Below, in pieces: positions 28,478 through 38,369 of a DNA stretch of 64,000 bases. The position numbers and the translations under genes were made by a program. How positions within the stretch are numbered: the stretch's first letter is position 1; every line of letters begins with the position of its first letter. The DNA lies in NCBI GenBank assembly GCA_977020255.1, contig CDROCS010001089.1:186001-250000 (forward strand), read 5' to 3'. The stretch comes from Obrimoposthia wandeli. Taxonomy: Eukaryota. The notes beneath the pieces are model-generated. The model had not been told where the DNA came from. It did no database searches and was given only the letters and a program-made list of their open reading frames with translations.

Positions 28478-29899
28478 TTAACTGCCCTTTAACTGAAGTC
28501 GCGAGCGTAATATTTTTATCGTTTTCAGTAATAAATCCGCGATGATAAATAAAGCGATAGCCACCCCTGTTAAAGGCAATAGCACTGATATTAATATCAC
28601 AGCCACTACACCAAATTTCCAAATAGGGCTGTTACTAATAACAACAGGTGGGTTCAGGCTTAGGCGCTTCTCAGGTTTTCTTGCCCACCACATCAACACC
28701 GCGGTGACACAAATTACGATCATTATCAAACAAATCAGCGTATTCACTAACAGGTTAATAATGCCTAATCCTCCTTGATGTAAACCTATGCCTGCCGCCA
28801 TGAATTTAGCCATTGGTGAGTATTCATCCCAGCCGATATCAGCAACAACTTTGCCACTATATTGATCAATATGTACTGTGCGATCTAATCTTGGATCACT
28901 AATATCACCGCCCATTGTACTAGCTGATAAGGTATAAACTGCACGCTCACTTAACGGCATCCGCACTTGGTACTGCTGCATTGCTAAAGAGGATGCCAGT
29001 GCCGCTATTTGATCAATACCAATTTTTTTAGGCGCTATTTGAGCGTTCAATGGTGATGATTCGGGCAAGACCGTTTGTTCTAAATTCCAAGGAATTTCCT
29101 CCATAACCCCTTGGTTCAAACTGCTATGAGGCAAGGTAGATAAGGGCACACTTGCAGATTTTAACATTGGAAAGCTACTCCAAGGCTGCACTATTTTTGA
29201 ACCCCAAACTCCTGTCCAAGATAAGCCACTGATGATAAAAAACAATAGAATCAAGCTTGAATACAAACCTAATACACTGTGTAACTCCCTATAAAAGAAG
29301 CGTTTCCCTTTATTGCGCTTTGGCCAAAACACTGCTCGTTTACTACTGTTGTTGCTAGGTAGCCACATATATAGCCCACTAAGCAGTAATAGCACCATCA
29401 GCCCTGCTGCCACTTCCAGAAGTCGATCACCCGTATCACCAATCAGCAAACTACCATGGATATCGTTAGCCCAAGCATAGAAGCTATCATCACGATTTAT
29501 TTGCACAAGCAGTTTTCCACTATATGGGTTTACCGCGATATGCAACGTTTCTTGCCCTTGCTTTATCACCACAAAGCTCGCTAAATCTATCCCTTTAGCA
29601 GGTATGTATTTTTTAATGACCGCTTGCGGGTATCGCTTTTGCACTGCTGCTAACAGCATAGAGGGAGCAATTGTTATTTCAGCAGTATTTGTAGTGGGAG
29701 AAACCACTTCACTGTTGTAACGCAGTGTTTGTATTTGTTCATCGTAGAGCATCACCATACCGCTCATTGATAATACCAGAAGAAAAGGAATAACGAATAG
29801 CCCTGCGTAGAAATGCCAGCGCCACGCAAGCTGGTAACAGGCCCGATTAAAAGTAGTCATTTTTGCTGAATAAGTAGAGTTTTTCACAGTTTTGTCCAT
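28478..29899 (-). CDS. PepSY-associated TM helix domain protein
   Basis: WRWHFYAGLF, VNPYSG, IHGSLLIG, LHSVLG, IDQYSG, LHQG. Confidence 0.9.
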   Translation of the reverse strand: MDKTVKNSTYSAKMTTFNRACYQLAWRWHFYAGLFVIPFLLVLSMSGMVMLYDEQIQTLRYNSEVVSPTTNTAEITIAPSMLLAAVQKRYPQAVIKKYIPAKGIDLASFVVIKQGQETLHIAVNPYSGKLLVQINRDDSFYAWANDIHGSLLIGDTGDRLLEVAAGLMVLLLLSGLYMWLPSNNSSKRAVFWPKRNKGKRFFYRELHSVLGLYSSLILLFFIISGLSWTGVWGSKIVQPWSSFPMLKSASVPLSTLPHSSLNQGVMEEIPWNLEQTVLPESSPLNAQIAPKKIGIDQIAALASSLAMQQYQVRMPLSERAVYTLSASTMGGDISDPRLDRTVHIDQYSGKVVADIGWDEYSPMAKFMAAGIGLHQGGLGIINLLVNTLICLIMIVICVTAVLMWWARKPEKRLSLNPPVVISNSPIWKFGVVAVILISVLLPLTGVAIALFIIADLLLKTIKILRSRLQLKGS

Positions 29900-29906
29900 T
29901 TAGAAT

Positions 29907-30057
29907 CATCGCTGTCCGGTTTTATTTGTGTTGCTCTTTAACTCATTAATTTCACAGTAGCGAAAAATTCGATTATGTTAGAAATACATCTATAGCCATG
30001 ACTGATAACAACCAGCCAATGAGTTTCAGACCTTACATTTTTTAACCGGCAGTAATG
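29907..30057. mobile_element. MITE family A, copy 6
   Basis: Family ends (diverged); flanks ATTTAGAAT / ATTTTGAAT (8/9); 7 bp from the PepSY start codon. Confidence 0.85.
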
Positions 30058-30189
30058 ATTTTGAATGTTATAAATAGCACTATTTCCACAGCCGTCTTCA
30101 CTCGTTTTTCATATTTAATAAATGAACGAATTTGACTGTAGTAACTGGAATAGTAACTAAAGAAAGTGCTTAATAGTGGTTAACAAACA

Positions 30190-30540
30190 TTAACTAAACG
30201 GTGGTGCTCGGGGAGTTTGCAGTAAGAAGTTATAATTAAGTGGGTAATAAATATAAGCACCGCTATCGCTTATACTTTCAGGGAAAAACGGCTGTGCAAC
30301 GACATGATAGTGATGGGCTATTGATTGGCCGGTGCAAGGGCAGTCAGTACTTTCATGCCCTTCAGTCGCGACTGTTCCTAGCGCAATCAGCTTGATACCA
30401 GCGATGGTACAAATGGCTACTTGCTGATTGTTATTGTTCGCTATTTTTAGCTGATTAAAAATTGGGATATAAAATAAAAACACCCAGCAGAGCAAGCTAA
30501 CGCACTGTAGTATTGGGTTGTTTTTAATAGAAGCTATCAC
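30190..30540 (-). CDS. DUF2946 family protein, CruR-like upstream ORF
   Basis: N-terminal hydrophobic helix, ICTIAG, H...CPC, C-terminal PRAPP; upstream of PepSY-TM on the same strand. Confidence 0.78.
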   Translation of the reverse strand: MIASIKNNPILQCVSLLCWVFLFYIPIFNQLKIANNNNQQVAICTIAGIKLIALGTVATEGHESTDCPCTGQSIAHHYHVVAQPFFPESISDSGAYIYYPLNYNFLLQTPRAPPFS

Positions 30541-30634
30541 TTGTTATCACGTAATCTTAGCAAACTTATATCCACTTTTTTTGAGTGACATAGCACTGTA
30601 GTTTTTACACCAAAGAACAATTTAAGCTTTATTG

Positions 30635-30886
30635 TTAAAACCAAATAAAGCGTTTTTTGGGTGCTACATATCGATGAATATCAATGTGGCCATAGACAAA
30701 GATAGGTTCAACCATATCAATTTCCCGCTTAGACAAAGTACCCATTTTTATTTTTTCTATCATTATCGATTGTTGACTGATAGCCGGTTCAACTTGGCAA
30801 GCAGCGCCAAACTCATCTTGATACATTGATATTAATTCAATATACAATGCCGCTAGCTGCTTGTTATTCACTTTTCGTACACCCAC
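30635..30886 (-). CDS. Hypothetical protein
   Basis: 83-aa ORF in an otherwise intergenic region; no motif recognised. Confidence 0.4.
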   Translation of the reverse strand: MGVRKVNNKQLAALYIELISMYQDEFGAACQVEPAISQQSIMIEKIKMGTLSKREIDMVEPIFVYGHIDIHRYVAPKKRFIWF

Positions 30887-31252
30887 ACAGCAGCGGGTTA
30901 TTAATTTTTTGTAACATGCTTAAAAATTCACCTTATCTCTTTCTTTTAATCACTTGATTGTACAATTTACATCTGTGAGCAAACAACAAACGCCACTCAA
31001 CACCAGCATTGCGTTATTTGCGGAAAATAACTGCTGCAATTTTAACACTGGTATTGAAAACGTAAATTGTTTTCTTATATGTTTACAAAAAATTCTTAGT
31101 TTTTACCGTTTAAACAAGCGCAATTAGCACCAATTGGCAAGGTTAATGCAAATAATAGAAAAGAGGAAGGTAAGATGGTTAAGTAGAAAAAACTGTAATG
31201 CCAGAGTCAGCCAGCGCTACAGCTATTAAACGTAAGGCATTTATAAATTTTA

Positions 31253-32314
31253 TTAACGCAATCGCTGCTCACTTTCCACATCAAAAAACATTAGCTGTTG
31301 TGGATCAAAATCAATCTGCACTTTTGCACCACTTAAAGTGTTAGATTTACCACGTGCTTCTACCACTACACGCTCTCCATTGGCAGCAGTTAGATACACA
31401 TAAGCAACCCCACCTAGTTCTTCGGTGATATCAACACTTAAACTGCCTTCGCCTACGCTCATGTTCAATACTTGTGGGCGCACTCCAACAATAACTCGCT
31501 GCCCATTTGCTGGTAATTTAGTTTCAGTAGCCACTAATATGTCGTCAAGCGCACCTATACGCACTTGTCCATCTTCAACAACCCCTTTTACAAAGTTCAT
31601 ACTGGGTGAACCAATAAAGCCAGCTACAAACTTATTATCAGGGTCATCGTACAATTCAAGGGGTGATCCTACTTGTTCGATTCTTCCATCTCGCAGCACC
31701 ACAATTTTATCTGCCAAGGTCATTGCCTCAACCTGATCGTGAGTCACATAAATCATGGTTGCGCCTAACTCTTTATGTAATCTTGCAATTTCGACGCGCA
31801 TATCCACTCTTAGCTCAGCATCTAAGTTAGAAAGGGGCTCATCAAATAAGAATACTTCAGGGCCACGTACAATCGCACGGCCAATTGCTACTCGCTGGCG
31901 CTGACCACCTGATAATGCTTTGGGCTTGCGTTTGAGATAATCATCTAACTTAAGAATATTAGAGGCTTGAGCCACTTTTTCTTTGATGAGTGATTTATCG
32001 ACTTTGTTCATCTTTAAGCCGAAGCCCATGTTCTCTTCCACTGTCATGTGTGGATAGAGTGCATAGGTTTGAAATACCATAGAAATGCCACGTTCAGCAG
32101 GATCCATGGTTGTGACATCGCGCTTGCCTATATGCATCTGGCCACCAGTCGTATCTTCCAGACCTGCAATCATGCGCAGTAAAGTAGACTTACCACAGCC
32201 TGATGGCCCGACAAACACACAAAACTCTCCAGCCTCTACTTCTAGATCAACGCCGTGGATAACTTGTAGATCATCATATTTTTTAATTATATTTTTTAAT
32301 CGTACGCCGGACAT
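31253..32314 (-). CDS. Carbohydrate ABC transporter ATP-binding protein (MalK/UgpC-like)
   Basis: GPSGCGKST, LSGGQRQRVAIGRA, FLFDEPLSNLD, TOBE C-terminus. Confidence 0.95.
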   Translation of the reverse strand: MSGVRLKNIIKKYDDLQVIHGVDLEVEAGEFCVFVGPSGCGKSTLLRMIAGLEDTTGGQMHIGKRDVTTMDPAERGISMVFQTYALYPHMTVEENMGFGLKMNKVDKSLIKEKVAQASNILKLDDYLKRKPKALSGGQRQRVAIGRAIVRGPEVFLFDEPLSNLDAELRVDMRVEIARLHKELGATMIYVTHDQVEAMTLADKIVVLRDGRIEQVGSPLELYDDPDNKFVAGFIGSPSMNFVKGVVEDGQVRIGALDDILVATETKLPANGQRVIVGVRPQVLNMSVGEGSLSVDITEELGGVAYVYLTAANGERVVVEARGKSNTLSGAKVQIDFDPQQLMFFDVESEQRLR

Positions 32315-32336
32315 AACTGCTCCAATTTAACTATAT

Positions 32337-33125
32337 TTACGAATTTGTTTCAGGAAAATGCCAAGACTCAGCAAGTGAGCCTATTTGACGTGCAGTTTCT
32401 AGCAGATCAGGTTTAAATTTTTCCAATTGCGCCAACGAATATCGCGCGGTGGAAGTAGTAATGGATAACCCACCAAACACTCTTTTTGAGCTAGAAAGAA
32501 TAGGCGCTGCGATACAAATTATATTAGGCTCGTGCTCTTCCCTATCATAAGCCACTTGCTGCGCTCTAATTTCGATGAGTTCTTCACAAAGCGCTTGTAC
32601 ACTAACTAAAGTGTTGGCGGTGTACCTATGATATGACTGCTGCTGTACTAACTTTTCGCGTTGTTCTGATGGTAAATAAGCTAACATCGCTTTACCTATA
32701 CCAGTGCAATAACCTGGGCCTATTTTTCCGGCATCAGAAAACATCGTTAGTGGCGCAGCAGGGTTGCGTTTATCTACATACAGTACTTGGCCATGATCTA
32801 ATTGTCCCAAGTGAATAGTTTCACCTAGCTTAAGCGATAATTCATCCAATAAAGGCCTAGCGATTGGGGCAAGCGATGATTGTTGCCAAGCGGCGTGTGC
32901 TAAGCGTACTAACCTCACACCCATACTATATAGCTGCCTTTCATTGTCATAACCGAGCATTCCTTGATTGGTTAAGGTTTGCAGTAATCGATATAAAGTT
33001 GCCTTGGGATGCTCACTTTCTGCCAAGAGCTCACTAAAGCGCACCGGGCGACCCACAGCAGCCACTTTATCTAATAAATCCAATGCTTTACCAACTGTTC
33101 CGTCACTATTTTTTACGGTTGTCAT
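32337..33125 (-). CDS. IclR family regulator
   Basis: TVGKALDLLD HTH, PKATLYRLLQTL, CTGIGKAMLA, YDREEHE; start set at MTTVKN (ORF track extends to 33206, across the promoter). Confidence 0.92.
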   Translation of the reverse strand: MTTVKNSDGTVGKALDLLDKVAAVGRPVRFSELLAESEHPKATLYRLLQTLTNQGMLGYDNERQLYSMGVRLVRLAHAAWQQSSLAPIARPLLDELSLKLGETIHLGQLDHGQVLYVDKRNPAAPLTMFSDAGKIGPGYCTGIGKAMLAYLPSEQREKLVQQQSYHRYTANTLVSVQALCEELIEIRAQQVAYDREEHEPNIICIAAPILSSSKRVFGGLSITTSTARYSLAQLEKFKPDLLETARQIGSLAESWHFPETNS

Positions 33126-33159
33126 CACTACTCTCTGTATAAAAATCACCCTAAAACTG

Positions 33160-33218
33160 TTGACAAGTATTCGGTAAAAGGTGCATATTGTCAATAGTTG
33201 AAACATGGTTTCACTATT
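33160..33218. promoter_or_regulatory. Overlapping divergent promoters and IclR operator candidate
   Basis: TTGACA at 33160-33165 (+) and 33189-33194 (-); palindrome TGAAAC-ATG-GTTTCA (33199-33213) within AATAG...CTATT. Confidence 0.6.
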
Positions 33219-33321
33219 TGGAACGAAATAACCATAATATTCACACTTTGTTAACTCTCATTTTAAATGCATTGTTAGCAGCTATATATACCTATAATTA
33301 AAATCAAAGAGAGAGCATCAA

Positions 33322-34566
33322 ATGAAAAATAAAAAGAAGCTACTCAAGCAAAGTTTAGCCACTATGCTGCTAGCAACTGTCTTTAGTTCATCAGCTTTTG
33401 CTGGCAACTTAGTGATCAACACTGATACTTCAGATCCTGCGCCCAAAAAAGCCTTCGAAGATCTTATCAAGGGATTTGAAGCGGCTAACCCTGATGTAAA
33501 AGTGACATTAAATTTGTTTGATCACGAAGGCTATAAAACCTCTATCCGTAACTTTTTGACCGCCGATGCACCTGATCTTGCCACTTGGTACGCGGGCAAC
33601 CGTATGTTGCCTTACGTTAAAGCCGGATTGTTCGAAAGTGTTGATGATGTTTGGAATAACAATGGCTTAAATACATCTTTAGCCTCTGCTGCTGCCTCTA
33701 TGACCATCGATGATAAAAAATGGGGTGTGCCATACACTTATTATCAGTGGGGTGTTTATTATCGTAAAGATTTATTCGCCGCCAACAACATTGCCGTACC
33801 CACTAACTGGGAACAATTTAAAGCAGCTGGCGCCACACTCACCGCTGCGGGTATCACACCCATTACTATCGGTACTAAATTCCTGTGGACTGCCGCGGGT
33901 GTTTTCGATTACTTGAACTTACGTACCAACGGTTATGATTTTCATATGGCGTTAACCAAAGGCGAAATCGCGTGGACAGACGAGCGCGTTGTTAAAACCA
34001 TGAACAACTGGAAAGAGTTAGTCGATGCTGGTTTCTTCCTTGAAAACCACGCAGCATACAGCTGGCAGGAAGCATTGGCACCGATGGTACAAGGCAAAGC
34101 GGCTATGTACGTAATGGGTAATTTTGCAGTAGCACCGCTGCGTGAAGCAGGCTTAACTAAAGATCAGCTAGGTTTCTTCCAGTTCCCTGAAATTACACCA
34201 GGTATCGAAATGGCAGAAGACGCGCCTACCGATACATTACATATCCCTGCAAATGCGAAAAACAAAGTGGATGCTAAAAGATTCTTAGCTTACTTAGCAC
34301 AGGCAGAAGTACAAACCCAAATGAATGAGACGCTGGGTCAGTTACCTATCAATGCTGATTCTATTGCCGGTGATGATGAGTTTTTGCAAGCAGGCTTCAA
34401 AATGCTTTCAAATACTTCACAAATCGCCCAGTTCTTTGACCGTGATGCACCCGCAGAAATGGCCAAAGCAGGCATGGAAGGTTTCCAAGAATTTATGGTT
34501 AAGCCTGATCGCTTAGATAAAATATTGAAGCGTTTAGAAAAAGTACGCAAGCGCGCTTACAAGTAA
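33322..34566 (+). CDS. Sugar ABC transporter substrate-binding protein
   Basis: Signal peptide; DHEGYKTSIRNFL, WYAGNRM, QFFDRD. Confidence 0.92.
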   Translation: MKNKKKLLKQSLATMLLATVFSSSAFAGNLVINTDTSDPAPKKAFEDLIKGFEAANPDVKVTLNLFDHEGYKTSIRNFLTADAPDLATWYAGNRMLPYVKAGLFESVDDVWNNNGLNTSLASAAASMTIDDKKWGVPYTYYQWGVYYRKDLFAANNIAVPTNWEQFKAAGATLTAAGITPITIGTKFLWTAAGVFDYLNLRTNGYDFHMALTKGEIAWTDERVVKTMNNWKELVDAGFFLENHAAYSWQEALAPMVQGKAAMYVMGNFAVAPLREAGLTKDQLGFFQFPEITPGIEMAEDAPTDTLHIPANAKNKVDAKRFLAYLAQAEVQTQMNETLGQLPINADSIAGDDEFLQAGFKMLSNTSQIAQFFDRDAPAEMAKAGMEGFQEFMVKPDRLDKILKRLEKVRKRAYK

Positions 34567-34582
34567 TTAATTATAGCATTCG

Positions 34583-34652
34583 CTTGTAACTTGTAACTTG
34601 TAACTTGTAACTTGTAACTTGTAACTTGCAACTTGCAACTTGCAACTTGCAA
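34583..34652 (+). repeat. Heptamer tandem array (CTTGTAA)6(CTTGCAA)4
   Basis: Read directly; 16 bp after the SBP stop. Confidence 0.97.
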
Positions 34653-34734
34653 CTCAGTATCAGCATTACCCCCTAAATTGCACTCATTGTTTACATCTAT
34701 GTGCTGCAGTTTAGGTTTATTTTAGGATTTAAGC

Positions 34735-35622
34735 ATGCGATCTTTCTGGAAGTCCAATCAGATAAAATTGGCTCCTTGGTTGTTTTTATCGCCAGGTATT
34801 TTTGTCTTTTGCGTATACGTCATCTTTCCTGTCTTTCAATCAATCAGTATTTCTTTTTACGATTGGGATGGTTTAGGCACCAAAGAATATATAGGTTTTG
34901 ATAACTATGTAGAACTCGCTGATGATGAAGCTTTTTACACTGCGTTAAAAAACAACATCATATGGCTGCTGCTGTATATGTTAGCGGTACCCGCAGGCTT
35001 ATTTGTTGCTTTATTTTTAAACCAAACAGTGCGTGGCATTCGCATTTATAAATCGTTATTTTTCTTCCCGTTTGTTATTTCCCAAGTAGTGGTGGGTTTA
35101 GTTTTCTCTTGGTTCTACGATCCTACTCACGGCCTAATGAATATTTTACTTAACGCGATCGGTATTGAATCTATCGCCGTTTTAGCAGATGAGCGCTTCG
35201 TCACTTACGGCATCATCGTGGCAGGCTTATGGCCACAAACCGCTTACTGCATGATTTTATATTTAACTGGATTAAACGCCGTAGACCCCGAGCAAATAGA
35301 AGCCGCAAGGCTGGATAACGCCAAAGGTTGGCGCTTGCTTTGGTACGTTATTTTACCGCAGCTAAAACCTGCTACGTTTATCGCCATTGTCGTCACGGTG
35401 ATTGGAGCACTGCGCAGTTTCGATTTAATTTCTATTATGACCAACGGCGGCCCCTGGGGTTCTAGCCGAGTGCTTGCCTATTACATGTACGAGCAAGCCT
35501 TCTCAGAATACGGTTTTCGCATGGGTTATGGCGCGGCAATTGCCGTGGTACTTTTCTTAATTATGATGATCTATATCGCCGGGTTCCTCTACAAAATGTA
35601 CCGCGACGAGCGAGGCCAATAA
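34735..35622 (+). CDS. Sugar ABC permease 1
   Basis: TM helices; EAARLDNA EAA loop. Confidence 0.93.
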   Translation: MRSFWKSNQIKLAPWLFLSPGIFVFCVYVIFPVFQSISISFYDWDGLGTKEYIGFDNYVELADDEAFYTALKNNIIWLLLYMLAVPAGLFVALFLNQTVRGIRIYKSLFFFPFVISQVVVGLVFSWFYDPTHGLMNILLNAIGIESIAVLADERFVTYGIIVAGLWPQTAYCMILYLTGLNAVDPEQIEAARLDNAKGWRLLWYVILPQLKPATFIAIVVTVIGALRSFDLISIMTNGGPWGSSRVLAYYMYEQAFSEYGFRMGYGAAIAVVLFLIMMIYIAGFLYKMYRDERGQ

Positions 35623-35623
35623 T

Positions 35624-36472
35624 ATGTTTCCGATGCCTATTGAAAAAACCAAACCGAGTATTCAATTGCTCTACAAAGTCGCTTTGCCTATCGCACTGAT
35701 ATTGTGGTTACTGCCGTTAATTGCGGTGGCTCTTACTTCTATTCGCTCAGCGGGGGATATTACCTCTGGTAACTATTGGGGCTGGCCAACCTCCTTTAAT
35801 ATGCTTGAGAATTACACTGCCGTTTTTACAGATTCGCCAATTGGCAAATACATTTTCAACAGTTTTAAAGTCACTATACCCACCGTTATCGGCACGCTAA
35901 TTTTATCGTGCATGACAGGTTTTGCATTAGGTGTGTATAAGTTTAAAGCCAACATGCTAGTGTTTTTCATGTTTGTTGCTGGCAACTTTATACCCTTTCA
36001 AATACTGATGGTGCCAGTACGTGATTTAACGATTTCTATGGATATGTACAACACCACTGCTGGTTTGGCGATGTTTCACATTGCCTTTCAAACTGGCTTT
36101 TGCACCTTATTTATGCGCAACTTTATCAAGGCACTGCCGCGAGAGTTAATTGAAGCGGCGCGGGTGGAAGGCGTGAGTGAAATACAAATATTTTGGCACG
36201 TTGTTATGCCATTGATGAAACCTGCTGTTGCGGCTTTATCAGTACTGATCTTTACTTTTATTTGGAATGATTATTTCTGGGCCACAGTGCTTACACAAGG
36301 CGCTGATACACAGCCGGTTACCGCAGGATTATATTCACTTAACGGCCAATGGGTAGCTTCTTGGCACTTAGTCTCAGCGGGATCAATCGTCGCTGCAATG
36401 CCGCCGGTATTAATGTTTTTTGCCATGCAAAAGCACTTTATTGCAGGTTTAACTTTAGGCGCCGTGAAATAG
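35624..36472 (+). CDS. Sugar ABC permease 2
   Basis: LPRELIEAARVEG; FIWNDYFW. Confidence 0.93.
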   Translation: MFPMPIEKTKPSIQLLYKVALPIALILWLLPLIAVALTSIRSAGDITSGNYWGWPTSFNMLENYTAVFTDSPIGKYIFNSFKVTIPTVIGTLILSCMTGFALGVYKFKANMLVFFMFVAGNFIPFQILMVPVRDLTISMDMYNTTAGLAMFHIAFQTGFCTLFMRNFIKALPRELIEAARVEGVSEIQIFWHVVMPLMKPAVAALSVLIFTFIWNDYFWATVLTQGADTQPVTAGLYSLNGQWVASWHLVSAGSIVAAMPPVLMFFAMQKHFIAGLTLGAVK

Positions 36473-36560
36473 GCAGATAATATTTTCTAGTCATGCTCAT
36501 AACAGCATCACACAACAACATTTTCACAGGCGTTTAAGTAACGCCCTAAGGCAGCAAAAT

Positions 36561-38276
36561 ATGACGGATAAAAAAAACCGCCGCTCCCAAGCTTGGTACG
36601 GTAAGCAAGATAAAGACGGTTTCATTCATCGCAGCTGGATGAAGAACCAAGGGTTTCCCGATCACGTATTTGACGGGCGCCCTATTATTGGTATCTGTAA
36701 TACATGGTCTGAACTAACACCCTGTAATTCAGGGTTACGCGCCCTCGCTGAAGTGGTGAAACGCGGCGTATGGGAAGCCGGTGGCTTTCCTGTAGAATTT
36801 CCGGTGATGTCTTTAGGTGAGACACAAATGAAGCCCACTGCCATGCTGTTTCGTAACTTATTAGCCATGGATGTAGAAGAAAGCATTCGCGCTTACGGTA
36901 TCGATGGCGTGGTATTGCTAGGCGGTTGCGATAAGACCACTCCCGGCCAATTAATGGGCGCGGCAAGTGTGGATTTACCCACCATTGTGGTGTCATCAGG
37001 GCCAATGCTTAACGGCAAATGGCAAGGGCAAGATATTGGCTCGGGTACTGATGTATGGAAATTTTCTGAAAGCGTGCGCGCTGGCGATATGACCTTGCAA
37101 GATTTCATGGCCGCTGAATCTGGCATGAGCCGCTCAGCCGGTGTTTGCATGACGATGGGCACCGCCTCAACCATGGCTTCAATTGTAGAAGCAATGGGGC
37201 TTTGTTTACCAACTAACGCAGCATTACCTGCGGTAGATGCACGCAGAGCTGCACTCGCCCATTTAACCGGCAGACGTATTGTTGAAATGGTTGAAGAAGA
37301 TTTATGCCTGTCTAAAGTAATGACCAAAGAGAGCTTTAAAAACGCGATTATCGCCAATGCAGCCGTTGGTGGGTCAACCAATGCTGTCGTGCATTTATTA
37401 GCCATTGCTGGGCGTGCTGAGATCGATTTAACCTTAAAAGATTTCGAACTAGGCGGCGAAATTCCACTGCTGGTGAATTGCATGCCATCAGGTAAATATT
37501 TAATGGAAGATTTCTGTTATGCAGGTGGTATGCCAGTGGTATTAAAGGAATTAGCAGATAAGCTAGTGCCAGCCAATACCGTGCTCAATAAAGATATTTC
37601 TGCTTATCATGAAAACGCACAATGCTTTAACCAAGACGTGATTTATACCTACGACAAACCGCTTAAACCCGCTGCTGGTTTGCGCGTTTTAAGAGGTAAC
37701 TTGGCACCGTTAGGCGCTATTATCAAGCCTTCTGCCGCCTCTGATCACCTATTAGAGCATCGCGGAAAAGCGTATGTATTTGAAAATATCGAAGATCTAA
37801 AAGCCAAAATAGATTTACCCGACTTACCGGTTGATGAAAATACTATTTTGGTGCTAAAAGGCTGCGGCCCTAAGGGCTATCCGGGTATGCCTGAAGTAGG
37901 TAATATGCCGATCCCACGCTGCCTAGTAGAGCGTGGCATCACCGATATGGTACGTGTTTCTGATGCACGCATGTCGGGAACCGCTTTTGGTACTGTGGTA
38001 TTACATGTGGCACCAGAGGCCAATGCAGGCGGTAATTTAGCCTTAGTCCAAACTGGCGATATTATCCATTTATCAACCGCTAACGGCATTCTTGAACTAG
38101 AAGTAAGCGAGCGTGAATTAGCAGAGCGTCGCAAACATTGGCAGCCTGAAGCTCCCCACTACTCACGCGGTTACGCTAAGCTTTATATCGACCATGTGAT
38201 GCAGGCAGATACTGGCGCTGATTTAGACTTTTTAGTGGGTAAAGATACGCGACTTGTCACCAGAGAAAGCCATTAG
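36561..38276 (+). CDS. IlvD/Edd family sugar-acid dehydratase (galactonate/L-arabinonate-type)
   Basis: PIIGICNTWSELTPCN, GCDKTTP, GVCMTMGTASTM, DARMSGTAFG. Confidence 0.88.
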   Translation: MTDKKNRRSQAWYGKQDKDGFIHRSWMKNQGFPDHVFDGRPIIGICNTWSELTPCNSGLRALAEVVKRGVWEAGGFPVEFPVMSLGETQMKPTAMLFRNLLAMDVEESIRAYGIDGVVLLGGCDKTTPGQLMGAASVDLPTIVVSSGPMLNGKWQGQDIGSGTDVWKFSESVRAGDMTLQDFMAAESGMSRSAGVCMTMGTASTMASIVEAMGLCLPTNAALPAVDARRAALAHLTGRRIVEMVEEDLCLSKVMTKESFKNAIIANAAVGGSTNAVVHLLAIAGRAEIDLTLKDFELGGEIPLLVNCMPSGKYLMEDFCYAGGMPVVLKELADKLVPANTVLNKDISAYHENAQCFNQDVIYTYDKPLKPAAGLRVLRGNLAPLGAIIKPSAASDHLLEHRGKAYVFENIEDLKAKIDLPDLPVDENTILVLKGCGPKGYPGMPEVGNMPIPRCLVERGITDMVRVSDARMSGTAFGTVVLHVAPEANAGGNLALVQTGDIIHLSTANGILELEVSERELAERRKHWQPEAPHYSRGYAKLYIDHVMQADTGADLDFLVGKDTRLVTRESH

Positions 38277-38279
38277 ATT

Positions 38280-38334
38280 CGAGTTATGAGTTACGAGTTA
38301 CGAGTTACGAGTTACGAGTTACGAGTTACGAGTT
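38280..38334 (+). repeat. Heptamer tandem array (CGAGTTA) x about 8
   Basis: Read directly; one TGAGTTA variant and a final CGAGTTT; 3 bp after the dehydratase stop. Confidence 0.97.
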
Positions 38335-38369
38335 TATTAAATATTAGCGTTAGGTTGGAGCAAGCTTGA

